Part shown: piece after piece, positions 12,034 through 26,760 of the stretch | Position numbering within the stretch: position 1 is the first letter of the stretch | Layout: each line of letters opens with the position of its first letter | DNA from: Podarcis bocagei | Taxonomy: Eukaryota | Strand: one strand, 5' to 3' | NCBI GenBank assembly: GCA_964188305.1 | Contig: OZ076893.1 | DNA length: 64,000 nucleotides | Notes under the pieces: model-generated | Database searches by the model: none | What the model was told of the DNA's origin: nothing | Seen by the model: only the letters and a program-made list of their open reading frames with translations | Made by a program: the position numbers and the translations under genes

Positions 12034-15000
12034 TTTATGCCCTGCCCATCTGGGTGGTTTTCCTCAGCCATTCTGGACGGCTCCCAACAGAGGACTAAAA
12101 ACAGAATAAAACTTCAAACATTAAAAACTTCCCTAAACAGGGAATGTCTTCAGACATCTTCAGATGTCTTCTAAAAGTCAGATAGTTGTTTATGTCGTTG
12201 ACATTGATGGGAGGGTGTTCCACAGGATGGGCGCCACTACCGGGAAGGCCCTCTGCCTGGTTCCCTTGTAACCTCACCTTGCAGTGAGGGAACCCGAGTT
12301 CTTTGTTGCATATGAAGCAGGGAACTCTAGCTTAATATTGGTAAACTAGAACAGTACATTGGGATGTAACCTAGCTTATTTTCCTGGCTTGTTAACCAAT
12401 GGTAAGCCAGAGTTCCTTCTGCTTTGACATAACAGGAACCCTTAGCTTAATACAAGCCAATGTGTGCCAAAGCTGGTGCAAATGAGTGAGAGGCGAGGGC
12501 GGTGAGAGAAGAGTGCTTTGGGCCCAGTGTGCTTTCCTCATTTTATAAACCATGGTTTATGGAGCTCTGCAAGATTGTCCAAACTGGATCACATTGTCAA
12601 CTAGGCATGCAAAGTCCAAAGGAGAAGAAAAAAAAACATTTTCAGGATTTTTAAAGCACTGAGGAAAACAGGATGGCTGCATAAATCCTTTCAAATCATG
12701 AACAATACCATCAGGTATTTAGCTGAGGACATTTTTTACTGCTGTTAGTTTTAAACACACATCACTGTTACCAAGTTACATTTTAATATCAATACCTGCT
12801 TGTTGTTTTTCTTCTCTTCTGTGTTCTTCTTGTCATTCTTTTTGTAAGCTTCAAATGTTGCAAGATCAACGCTATACAAACACTCAGTCCATTTTCCATA
12901 GAGTGCACAAAGTTTCTTTTTGCTGTCAAAGAGCCCCCCACAAAACAAACAAATTAAGGAACAGCAGAAGCACTGACTTATTATAATATTCAGGTTCACA
13001 CTCCTAACCACTGGTCTTCAATTGGTTGCTTGGGACTCAATACCGGGTCACAGCATGACCTAAGGTGGGTTGCAACAGCATCTCTTACCACCATAGAAAC
13101 AGATGGTAGAAAATTAAGAAATGGGTTCTCAGTGCATGTTTGAGTTTAAAGGTGGGTCCTTGATCTGAAAAGGCTGAATCAAGACTACGGCTCTAAACAG
13201 AAGTTAAGACAGAAAATGCTCAACTCACAGAAGCTAATGAACATCTAAGTCAGGTGTAGGGGACATTTTTCAGAGCCAAAGGAAGCATTATCCTCTCACA
13301 AAATTGCATGCCACTGGTGAGCAGGGACAGAGACAAAAGAAGGAAACACAAAGAATGTGACTCTTGCCTTTGTACAGTGAGCTGCATTCTAACTATGCAG
13401 AAGTCAGAGGTTCATACACAAGTCTCTCTCCATCCAGGCAGGCAAGGGGCTTTATCACAGTTAAGACCACGTTCTAGTCAGCCCAAAGCACTCAAGGAAA
13501 TGGGAGCAGGGCCAGTGAGGGGTGTGACCTGAACAAACGCCTGAGGACAAGAGAGGTAGCCTAGAGGGCCAAATCTGCCCCCTGGGGCCTGAGGCTTCTC
13601 ATCCCTAGTTATGCAACATAATTTAGGCTAATAGCATTTCAGCATTTTTGTAAAAAATAAAAATAAATCATCTGCCATCTGCCTTAGAAATATAAGCAGA
13701 GAGGCTTGCTTACCTTTTATCCTGAATGTAACCTTCCACTTTGTGCAACTCCTTCCCAAAAAGGCCACAGGGCTTGAAGTTCAACATGCATTTTTCACCA
13801 GTTCTGTGGGGGCAGAAAATTAAATTTAACTCTCATAATTTACACTTTCACATCAAATACTGGCTAAGCCATTTAAAGTACTTCAAGCATGCAAGCTCTG
13901 GCTCCTGTAGCGTTCAGCATAATATATGTACTATATCTGCCTTGGGTTTATGAGCTTTACTACTAAGGAGATATTTTGAAAGCGTTAAAGGAAAAAAGAA
14001 GCCCTGATCTAATATAAATTAAATACACTGGATCTCTGACCACTGAAAGAGTAACATAATATTCCCTGACACTCTCTCCAGGAACATTTTGGATCTGAGT
14101 GATGCAGAGCAGTGCTATTCATGTTGCCTGACAACACCGATTATGCTTTTAATGTTTTCTTATGCATTGGAATTAAGAGTGCATTTTATATCTGTTACAG
14201 TATAAGCATGCCACACTTTCAAGCTAAGTAGCAAGTTAAGACTTCCAGCTTACTTGTGATTGGTTATTTCCATATTCCCATACTGCTCAATCCAAAGTTT
14301 GCCCACAATAATGTTATGCACACAGCATGTAGGATTTGTCCATGTGTATGCTTCATTATGTCTGAAAGGGAGCAAAGAGAATAAGCTCTTAGATTCACAA
14401 AACAAAAGTCATCAGAACATGCCTTTAGGTCAAAATCTTTCACGGTGCAAGGAAGCGTAAGATGATGATTACTTTTCGCTCTCACAATTTTGTAGGCTTT
14501 AGCAAATCTTGGCCAGTCAGTCCTACCTTAACTCTCTCCCCAACTCCTGGCCAGATGAATCTAGGTTTCAGGCATGAACCATGAAAGTCTCCTATCCTAA
14601 ATTGACTTGGAAATCTCTCAAACACATTTAAGACAATCCCAGAATAGCCAACTCTTCTGCACAGGTTTCAACGACAGGGACTTCAGCAGCTGACCTTGCC
14701 TAAGCTCAGTCAAATACCATACTTACAGATGTAGCTCAGTCCATCTGAACTATGACAAGGAAAGAGCTCTGCCCATATCAGATGGGCACACCATCCTCTG
14801 GTTCTCAAAGCTCTGACAGCCAGAGCTGTGCAGTTTGCCTTCCATCCTTTTACTTATATACCATGCCTGATTGGTTTCATCTCTACAAATGGGGAGGGAA
14901 TGTTCAGGTTTAAGGATAGAACAGTAGCTCCCCAAATGTTTTTTTCCCCCACAGACCACTTGAAAATTGGTGAGCGTCTTGGCTGAGCACTTAATGTTTT

Positions 15001-18000
15001 TTCCATCTGTCTTAGCAATTGTAATGCTTTAGTAAGGATGCCGTATAATTTTCTAATTGTATTTGCATTTTTTTTTATTTCCTGTATATTGTATTTGATT
15101 GTAATCTATAGCATTTAAATTGTAATACAATCAAATACAATATACAGGAAATTTTTAAAAAACAATGCAAATACAGTTAAAAATCAGCATTTAACATGAT
15201 GGGTATGCTGTCTCCCAAGTTCACCAACACAACACAGACCACCTGAACGACCACAGTGTGGGAACCCCCAGTATACATTATACAACACTGCAGTTTACAT
15301 GCCACTTGTTTTTTGCCTAAGGCAGCCAAAAGGTATCAAACAGATCAACTTACTCAAGAAGTTTCAAAGTTATTATCCCTTTGGGTTCTGCTTCAACACT
15401 CTTTCCCCAGAACTTTAGTTTAGGATAAATAGAACCATGAAACACAAAGTCATTGCTCAGTCCTTCAGCATAAAAAGCACTGACTGGTGGGTGATGACTA
15501 ACTTGCTCCGAAATGAGTCTGAATCCAAGGTCCTCTCTAAACATGGAAAGAAAGTGACAGTTGAGTGATATTTGTAGTTTCTCTACAAAAGGGGATAAAA
15601 TGAGGCATTGTCACATCAGCTTTGTACATTAAAAAAGAATCAGTGAACAAAATCTTAAATATCTGACATTAACTTTCAATTCTCAATGAGCCAGCCAGTT
15701 AAACTGCACTGTGAGTTTGTTACCTGACCAGTTCATACGTCTCTCCAAGTAATGGGTTGAATGGCTTTCCTGTACGTTCCCACTGAGAGGCAACAGCTGA
15801 GACAGCAAAGGCAGCTACACACTGTTGAAAAAGCAATTTGAACTTATATTTATGTTTGTTTAAAGCAGAAAATCTTACCAATTATTTTGTGTGGGGTTTT
15901 TTAAAGCACTAACTCTCAGAAAGAGGTAAGCATTCAAGTAGTTAAGTATCATGAAAACACGTAACGAGGAAAAAGTCAATTACAACCACCACTTTAAAAA
16001 TAGAAAAACCAAAGAGTTAAGCAGTACTGCTTAATGCCAACCTAACAGCTCTGATATTCAATAGCTGGCGGCAAAATTACTTTTATTTCATGCACAACAA
16101 TGTTCACAACAGTGTTTCAGATGTTGTAATAATAAGCAGCTCTCTTTATCTACCTGCGTGAAACAGTATGCAACATTCAGAGAACACGAGATGCATTTAT
16201 TTTGAGTAGAGTACCTGCATTCGTTCAACCGGGTCCAAAAGCGAACTGGCCTTATGAATTAAGTATGTATGCTCCATATATTCTGTCAGTCGCTGTAGGA
16301 AACTCAGTGGCTCGTTAAAAATTACTGGCATAGTGATCTTCGACAGCTCCTAGCAGAGTGTTAAAAGCATTTATTAAAAATGTTTACATATACTACTGCG
16401 CATTGCCAACATTATGGCTGGTATATGTCTTATCATCAAATACAGCTGGTACATATTGGGGAAGGTAGAGGGTGATATGAAAGGAATGTGGGGGGCAGGA
16501 ACACTGCCTCCCTTTTAAACAAGAGCCCGTACAGCATGCAACGGGTAGAGTACTGAAGTTGTATCAGGGAAACCTGGTTTCAAATTTCCACTAAGCCATG
16601 AAACTCACAAAACAATTCCAAGTCCCTCACTCACTCTAATCTACATCACAGGGTGGTTGCGATGATAAAATGGGCAAGGAAAAGGACCACCCTAAGCTTG
16701 AGAATATTACTAAAACACAAATCATGAAAAGAGTTGAAAGAAGGCTGATTTACAGTGAGCTGAAATAACACTTAGAAGGCATTAATGCAAAAGGGCCGGT
16801 ATTAATTAAGCTGTAATTATTTTATTGTTAATTATTAATTACAATATTAATTATTAATTACAGCATTAATTTATAAAGTACCTAACAGGCACTGTATAAG
16901 AAATAAAAAACCTAACAAGCTTTACCTGCAGGCTACAAACCAGAATTGATTCCCCCAACTTAGTTTCTTCCAGATGTTTTGGACAAGAACTTGCATCATC
17001 CCTGACCATTGCTCATGCTGGCTGCAGCTGATAAAAGCTTGCCACACTTTTGTGACATTTGATTTTATATAAGACACACACCCATTTACTTCCGAAATGC
17101 ATGCATACATCAGTCAGTCCTTAATTCTTTTATTCAAAAGCCAGTTTGGGGGGATATGATCAATAATCTATTGCTACACATTTACTATAAAGACTATGAT
17201 TAAGCTTTTTATTCGAAGCTATGTTTCACCTACCATTCCAATGCACTTTCTTAAGATGCTCCAAATACTGAAATCATTTCTGGAAAACATTGGAGAAGGC
17301 AAGCTTGTCCTAGATGGGGTGGGGGGGGTGGGGGCAAGAGACCAAGTTCATTAGACCTGAATAATATACTTCTAGTTTAAGTATTTGCAGAATGAAGAGT
17401 GTATGCAATACTGACAGAACAGAAACCTGTCTAACAACAGCCAACTGGTCTCCCAACCCTCAGTTTTTCTATTCAAATAGGGCTCATGATACATCGCTGA
17501 TCACAAACCAGTTATGTACCTCAATATAAACCACCCAAATGTGCTGCATAGTAGCAATAAAGATAATGCAACTTTGGTTGGGTAACCAATTCAGACAAAC
17601 TGTTTTGTCACACAGGTAGTTGAGAAGATCTGTCCTCAATATAAAAGTATGAATAATTATACTAAATTTGAGTATATGTAAGGCATTGTCATACATTTAA
17701 TTAAGAACTAAATTAGAACTAATTAAGAATTAAGTACTTAAGGTTAAACAGCCCAGTATTCTGTATGAGTAACCACAGCTCAATTTGTAAAAGCAATTTT
17801 TAAAAAACAGGACTTTAAGAAAAGATGTGCACCTGTGTAAACATATTTCTGAAGCACGAGAGGTGGGTGGGTGGCATCCCACTTAATTCTGGACACTTGG
17901 TAAAGGCATTAAGTGTGTTAAGGAGCCTACCTTTGGGTGGGGGAAGCCCGTTCCATTTCTTTACTATGCAACTGCTTCCCCTAGTCCCATATAATTCAGT

Positions 18001-21000
18001 TGAGTGATGAAGTTGACTAGATTAGACTAGAAGCTGTCTGTGATCCAGACAAATTCACACCTAAGGAAGACTGTTCTGAACGGTGGGATATTATCTGGAT
18101 GGCTCTCTCTTACTTTGTCCCTGCCCCAAATATACATTAAGCTGTCTTTTTTTAAAAAAAGCTCAAAAACCAGTTCTAACAATGCCAAGAAAGAATGACT
18201 TTTCATGGTTGTCATCCAACGTGTTCCCGCAACAATCACACTAGAATGTAGATGGGTATTGCAGCAGGTGCTAGTCATGCCTCTGTAAGAATACCGTGAG
18301 AATTATTGCTTGAAGCAAAAAAGCCTACAAAACCAGTTTGACAAGAGCCCATAATGGAACAGGAAAAATGAACATGCATTATCACTGGAAGTAACTGCTC
18401 TACAATGCCACTGTCCAACTCCCTGAAAGATTGTCCTTCTACAAAGCCTGTACTACAGCACCTTTCGGCACCAGATGTGTCTTCATTTTGCCAACAACAG
18501 AAAATACAAATGTTTTTACACTTGTATTTTTTTATTTTTTTTAAATCCCACCACCCACCACAACCACCAGCTTAATTGCAAGTAGTTAGCTTTTAATCTT
18601 ACATCTTAATCAAACTCACTAGAAGGGCTATTAACCTATCTCACAGGGTTGTGAGATTAAAGTAAGCAAAAATACCTGGTAACCTGCCAAAAGCCCTTAT
18701 GGCAGGAAAACCTAACTTGTATTTATCCAGTTCTAATGGTGCAAAATACATTATTAATTTCTACATCAGGCCAACATAAAGTCAGTGAATTCCCCCCCCC
18801 CCCAAAAAAAAGCACCGTTAGCATGCAAGTCAGCATGAAAAATTGAATTTTTTTTAAGGGAACAATTTTAAGCTAGGTGGCCTTTAATATACTTGTGCAC
18901 CAAAGAGATGCTGTCTTTCCAAGCATACCGTAATTTGCTCTTTTTTCAGTCACCAGGCCTGCGGAATCCCAGTCTAAATACGTTCCTTCTTCCAGTATTA
19001 AATAAGTGTGCTCTTTGTTTTTTAAAGTAACACAAAACACAACCCTACATGTGCACTTGCTTCGTGTTATGATTTTCCTCAAAAGAACACCAAAATGAAT
19101 AATCTGTATATCACTAAAAACACTTGACATTTTGTAACCGGGTGTTTTACCCTTATAGTAAGAAACACAATTGGAGAAAATTGTTCTTCACTTTCCTGAG
19201 AACAGTCATCCTGGGAGTACTGTGTTCAATCCTCATGCTATATGGAGACTGTTCAAACTAAAACTCTGCCTGCCACGAACAAAATCCTGTCCAAGTCTCT
19301 GAAAATAGTCCCAATTTCACAGTGTTGCTTCAATCTCATTGAGCCCAACAGGAAGTCAGATGGCAGACTCCTGTCATTGTAAAGTTGTTTTCTTGGATTT
19401 ACTACCCATTTTGAGTGTACTTCTCTACTCAACAAACTGTTTCCAAGGATCCACTAAACAGATCCAGCCTGGTGTACTGGACCCCCAGAGTCTTCCTTCT
19501 TTTATTTTCCCTCCTTAGAGGAGACATGTTTTTGTGGCATCCTGGGCCACACATGGTAGGGAGAAGCCAAAAGCTGGGAAATCCGCAAGGTTGCTTTGAA
19601 CCTCCCCTTCAGATATTTTTCTGACTCCTATGGCACTTGTCAGTAGCAAGTGAGCTTCCCTGCTCCGCTAAGCAGGTCAGTCACTCAGCTCAAAGCCTTA
19701 AGAATTTACTCTTGTGAGAATTCACTCCAACACGTAGTGATAGCCACTGACTTTGGTCATTAAACATGGGGAATACATGGCTATTAGCCACCAGTTGCTA
19801 GGAATCACAGGTGACGTGCACACACTGTTGCACTTGGGCCCTGCTTGTGGACTTCCCATAGGCATCTGGTTGGAGACTGTGAGAACAGGATGCTGGACTA
19901 GATTGGTATCTGTGTTCTGATCCAGTGGGTTTTATTTTGTTTATGTCTTTAGCTTCCTTACACAACGCATTCTTTCCCCCTCTCCTCTCTAATTACGGTA
20001 TTGCGAGCTTAACCCTATTGCTGAAAATGCTGCCCAGTCAAGAAAGAGGTCAGCAATGTCTTACACTGACAGTATTCTGCTGTATCATGAATGAGCAACA
20101 GTCTGTCCCTGTCTCTATGTTCTCAAACTACACAGCTCAGTTCCTGCCTGTGTGTACCACTAAGGATATGCATGTTCAAATATTAGTGTTTCATTATTTT
20201 GTAGCACAAGAGAAGGCAAGCCCACAGAAAGAGAAAGCAAATGCAGTGGAAAGTTGTCAGAGAAGTTGGTTTTCTGTAACTTTCCATTAAGATTAATGCT
20301 AGATTGCACAAAATTGAAGGGGAAAGGAAACAACTGCACCCCAATAGTGAAGGTGGCTATTAAGCAAAACTTTGTGGGCGAGGAACACAATTGCACAGAA
20401 ATAGAATAAAATGCTCTCAGCCACCATTCAAAATTTAATAGTAACATTATTTGGGAATACCATTCAATGCTTCCCATGTTACATGCTGCATTAGCCACAT
20501 CTACACTACGTATTTCAAAACCGGTTTACCCATCAGGGCTTTCCCCCAAAGAACTCTGTGAAGATACCCAAAGCAGTCCATGTCCCTTTATACAGCAATA
20601 GTTCAGGGCTCATTGGGTGGAAGCCATGACGGTTAAAACAAGTTGACATTTAGAGTATAGACATAAATATCACTTGTGAAACAGTAATGTGCTTAAGTTA
20701 TATTTAGGGGACTTCTCTATCTGCCCACCCCACCCCCATTAATAATTTTTACACCCCCACTTCTACCCCAGCTAAGCTAATAGTACTATATCTGGGAAGG
20801 AAGTAGCGGTCCCTTCACAGGACAGGCCTGCATCCAGATAACATTTTGACTCCACTTGATGGGAGACAGGAAGGCCCCGTTATTAAGGCAAGTGCCCAGT
20901 CCAGGATATCTGAAAAAGAATTCACAAGTGAGACAGAAGTCTTCAATTTCAGAAAAAAACACTTGCATGACTCTAAAGCTCCTTAACAATATGCCTCCCT

Positions 21001-24000
21001 ATACTTCTTTGCAACTATCATCAGCAACCAGCATTTATTACTTACTCCAGTGAAAAAGATCAGTAAAAAAAAAAAAAAAAAAAAAAGATTGTCAGAATTG
21101 ATTTCATCCAAATTAGTGCAAAAAGGGCAGGAAAATGTTTTCTAGTTTTAGAACTGCTTTCTTCAGTTACTCATCAGGATAGAGGGCAAGGTTTATATTG
21201 TTTATTTTACACTAATCTTTATCCTGCCCTTCAGCCAAAAAATGCCCCAGACCAGTTTACAGATCAATACAAAACAATAGAGTCACCGCCCTCAGGGTTA
21301 TAATTAAAAAAGACAACACAATGGAGAAATGGTTCAGGAGGAATGAAGAAGTAAGACGATTTGGTTCAAGTTCTTAGTGTCAAGTTCTCTTAACAAACAG
21401 CTGGGGTAGAAAAATTCTAAGAGAGGCAGTCACTGGCCTCTCAGTTGCAGTGATAAAGCGAGAGGCCCTTCCCTGCTACCGCTTGATGTAATGGCTGCCA
21501 CCAGGTTGCAATGGTAAGAAAGAGGAACATGGTTTCTCAGCTTAATAGATTTTTAATTCTATGAAATATTTTGCTTTATTTCACAGTACTACATTTTGCA
21601 TTCCTTATGCTATATGCCCTAAACGGCATGGTATTCATTAACTCACCAAAGCAGCTAACTATGGGCCTCCCAATTTCAATAGAGTTTCAGTGAATAAAGA
21701 GGGAAGCGTTATACCAAGGAAGTGTGTGTTCTGTCTCAATAAGCGCATTCCTTGCACAGGTTATTTGCAGAAGACAAGCTGACACTAGTGTTTAACTTGA
21801 GTAATGCTCTTTTGTTTTTTTATTTTAAAAAAACATTGTACCACTTTTACTGCTGCAATTCTGAAGGGGCACGTGTGTATGTTCTAGCAGTGAATTTTAT
21901 AGCGAATGCTTAGTTTATTTTACAACAGTAAAAAGACCTGCATTTTCATGGCAATAAAAATAAAGGCATAACCTTCAAAAACCGGCCAGGTGAATGTTCC
22001 AATAAGTCAAAACAACAACAACAAAGGCATAGTAGATAAGTTGACGAAGCCCATGGAACTTGACCAAAATGGATCTGGAGCACATCCTGGCATAGTGATC
22101 TAAAAAAGACTGATCTACGAGTCCCCAGGTAATGGGATTGCCTCAGTCAGGAACCCAAGAGATGGCTTTAGCCAAGCCACACTCTCAGCCTCCACTTGCC
22201 ATATGGGTACAATAGTTACCTACCTTACAGTATTGTTTTAGCGATGACAGCAGGGTATGCTATGTGAAAGCACTTTTCGCTAGTATCATCATCTCATTAT
22301 TACGGAACTCAAGTAGGACCTACAACAAAGTGTTGTTGTGTGGAATGCTCCTGTTCAGGGTTCCAGCCAGACATGCCCAGGATTTCCCAGGATACGCCAA
22401 TTTCACCACCATCCTGGTTTTCCATTTCCCTTCCTTCAACTGTCAGCCAGAGTTCTGTGGTCACTGATATTCCCAGTTTTCACTGGGCAGTTCTTGGCAT
22501 TTGCTCCTCTTAGGGCTCCCCCCCCAAACCATTCTGCAAACATTGGGGTTTCTTTTCCCTGCCTCCCATCTGCTCCCAGGCATGCTTCCCTCTTGCACGC
22601 TGATGGTGCTATTTTGGCTAGATAAGGATCAGTATTCCAATAATTGAGTTCACTATTAATGTATAGAATGTACAGAAGAGAACATGCCCAAGAGTCAGGA
22701 ACTTTAAATGAAAATTCCAGTCTGATCTACTAGTCTCATAAAAGCCATATTTACAGTTTACATCCAGTTTCACTATGCTATACCAATGGCTTGCATGCCT
22801 TAAATAACATGCTTAGTACAAGCTGCATATGGTTTGTATCAAATGGCAAATATTCTTTTCTGCTTCAGATCATGCACTCTTTCAACATTAGTTATGTATT
22901 GTCAACAATGAAAAATTCCAAGAGTTTCAGCATGCCAATTATCTCAAGCAACCAATAGCAAATGCCTAAGTTTAGCACCAGGGACACAGAAAAACAAGCA
23001 ACAAGACACATTCTTTGCACATGAAGCTGGCTTTAGCTCTCATTTCACCTATTCTATTTACCGGTACTTCTCATATTCAAGGCTAAATTTTACAGGACAG
23101 TGTGTTTAAATTTGAATGATTCTGTGGTGCAGCTATATGGAGCCAGTTAAGCATCTACAAGGTACACCCCATTACATATCATGGAGATCTCTGCCTGTAC
23201 TAAACTAAAATAGTCACTGCCTGTACTTGGGCTAATGAACATTATTTACATGTCTGGCTCACTGATAAGCCCCCAGTTAACCTTTGTATATTTGGGGCTT
23301 TTAAAACATTGTTACAAGGTATCATTGTGGAAGTTTAAATATTTTTGCTATTTGAAATCAGCACCCTAGAGTCATTAGCAGCTTTTCTTACCCCTTCTCA
23401 ATGCTGACACCAACGCTGAACCAGGATTATGCCAGTGTCAATGTGATTATGACAGAGTAACACGGTCAGAATTGCCCCTTCGATCTATTACACTTCAAAA
23501 TGAACTTCCACTGAGGAAAACTGAGCAGCCAGTTTCTTGTTCCGTTTTAAAAATGAAATGGCACAGTAACAAGTGACAAACACACAGACAAAAAGACACT
23601 ACTAGGCCTGTGCATGTGTTTAGTTATTCCCCCCCCCCCCCATCCTTGTTTCAGAACTGCACATAATGTAAGCCTAAGCATGAGAACCCATAAGTGAATG
23701 TGAAAGATGAAATGACAACTCGTTCCCAAGACAAACTGGTTTGCTACGTTCTTAGCAGAAAAGTCACATGCCTCATGCAAAACATGTCCAATTCCAAACT
23801 TTAGTAGAATGTCTTTTTTTGTATGTAATACAAACATCACTGCGGTTCTAGAATCATGACAGATATTTATTTACAATTTTTACCATAAAAGTATGTTCAC
23901 CTTAGTGTTGTATCAAAGCTACATTTAAAATTACACATGCATTTCCTCCCCTTTGTATATATATATATTTAGTTATAAATGCAAACATAAAACACTCAGA

Positions 24001-26729
24001 CAAACCTTGGTAAAACATTGCCCACATAAATGTATGTTACAACAGTAGTCACGGTATGACAAGAAAAGAAAACAGTACAAGAATCCCAAGACAACTGAAC
24101 AGCTTCATCCCCTGAGGAAGTTTGCTCCAAGGCAAAATTTAGATTGGTTTTCCCACAGAGCTCTGAGAATCTGCATCAATATACAGTATTTGCAGACACC
24201 AATTCCCTAAATAGCACCAGATGACAGGTCAGATATTGCAATATAGTTCAGAAAGAGATGTGTGCTGGAAAGTTAAAAAAGAATACGCCCTAGCTGCATT
24301 TTTAAAACCCTACCAAAAAGTCCATAAAAAAACAGCAAAATACATAATTATTGCTGAATAAGGGTATGGGAGCAAAATTATAGAGAAGTTTTAAAAAAAA
24401 AAGTGACCAAAAAGCCTAATGAGAGACATCTGTAGTGGAAAGAAGAGAAATGCCAGGGGACTGGAGGAACAAATAAGAGCTTGGCGGCTCTTGTCACCTC
24501 TTGTTTACCATTTTGGCAATAGAGTTTTACAACAAGCATTGTGGAAAGCTGCCAAATTGCAGATTGTTTCCTATAGTTAGAGCTGCTTTGAGCTTATCTT
24601 TGCTGCCTAGCAAAAAATTATTTGATAAAGAACCCTAATCCTTCCTTTCTCCACGGAATGAACACTGTGCAAACTGCATTAACAGAACTATCTTATCTAA
24701 CGTGAGAAGGGGCATGGGAGATGAAGTGGGGAGTGCTGGTTATCATTTATTAAACAGAGTCAATCTGGGGTGTGTGTGTGGAATTTTGACTGCTTATTCG
24801 TTTAAATTTCATTGTGCCTAAAAATTCTGAAATATTTCTACAGTCCTACAACAATTGTGAGTGAAGACATGACAGGTTTCATTCTGCACACAAGCCATGG
24901 TGCCATTTGCGGTGATCAGAATGCATTAAATTGAGCCAAGAGGCAAGCATGGAAATGTTGATACATATGAGAGTGAAACGTATTTAAACAGAACTCTCTC
25001 TCTTGAATTTGTCTTCAGCAAATAAAATAAGGTCACCATCTTTATGCCAAGCAACTAGTGATAGTGAAACAGTGGAAGTAAAAAATAAATGTGCACATAT
25101 TAAATTCTCTCTGCATTGAAACCTGAGAAATAAGGTGCAGTATTTGTTACATGTCACAGGGGATCTATTGTCCTCCTTTTACATGTAAAAAAGTTAAGAA
25201 CAGATGAAGCAGAAGATGTGTGACATTTGTCTTCAATATGACCTCTTGCTTTTGATGTTTTTTGTTTGCAAAAACATATTGAAATATCTGGCCAATATTA
25301 GCATTGAATGAATGATAATGCAAAGGCGATCAAGTAACTGGAAACTTTTTTTAAAAGGCAGTAAGAGACCCACATTAAAAAAACATGAAGAAACAAGAGA
25401 CCAGTATTGATGTCAGTGAGACAAATTTAAATGAGCCAGAAACATGCATTGTTAAGAATTCATGTATTTCATTTGCAACATGGTGTAGTCACATCAATGT
25501 ACCTCACTTTTTAAAAAAATGTTAACAGCAAAAAAGATGATCTCATATTAATGAACTTCTGTTCCACCACTGTTCAAGGGGAAAGGCAGAAGTATCCCCA
25601 AGTATCTTTTGTAGATACCACATTTAGGGGTTTTTTTTTCTAGCACAGCAGTAAAGGTTGCAGCCTCTCTAGACAAAAATCCTACCTGTGTTTTTTGATG
25701 CCATTTGACAAAGTCTCTCCAGTTTTACAGATCTTTTCTCCAGACATGTCAGACGTTATAGTGTCACTAGAATCCACGCTGTCTTCTAATGAGTAAGTTG
25801 TCACAGTTTCAAATCCACTCAATGATTTTTCAGATTCTGAATCTGTAAGACAGATGAACGCCAAATGAGACACACTTCAGGCTAGCCTTTCGCAGGCTAA
25901 TGGACACCTCCTTTGCACAGCGTAATGAAACTTAAGTAGCCTATGGTGTACTGATGACAGCATTTGTCCAGTGAAAACTTAGTACAAGTAGAGACTGAGT
26001 CTCTGAAAGAACATGGGTGAGCAAATTGTTCAGCGCCAAGGATTATACAAAGATGGGAATGTGAGCAGGGACAGACAAGTACAGGGTACCAGCAAAACAT
26101 CTTACCAACTCCTAAACTTAGGCCCGCTACAGGTGCGATATTAGCCTATCCTTTAACCATACTTATTGGAATCAGGGTTAAGATACGAGTTCCTACACAA
26201 CTCTTTGTTTCATAGTTTTAATATGAGAATCCAGCCTTTTCCTCTAGGTGTGTTGTTTAATTCCTGTGCTACTAGTTAAATTCAACACCAGGTATTCGCC
26301 TGAGTTAATTTTTTTAAAAAATGTACATCAAGATTTTTCAAACTAATATGCCCCAACAATAAAGGATAAAAATATAGTGAAACACAGCTGGACACATTAA
26401 AGCAAATATACTCACCAGCAAGTCCAACCCAATGAGGAAAGGAAAACATTTTTTCTTACCAACTATGGTAAACATGGTAAATGAACACAACGTGCATTCG
26501 CATTGGTTACACACATAACAATCCTTTGAAATACACTCAACAAGGACCAGCATTTCTCTGAATCATACCCATCTGGCAGATGCCCAGGGTTTCTGTTATC
26601 AGCTGCATCTACACATTACTACAAGTTCCATGACCTTCCTTCACCCAAATGGGTAGCAAAGCCAACTAGGCAATGCTATTCAGGGCCAGTGGAACTCTAT
26701 TTTTAAATGTGGAGTACAAAATCTCACCA

Positions 26730-26760
<31 letters not shown>

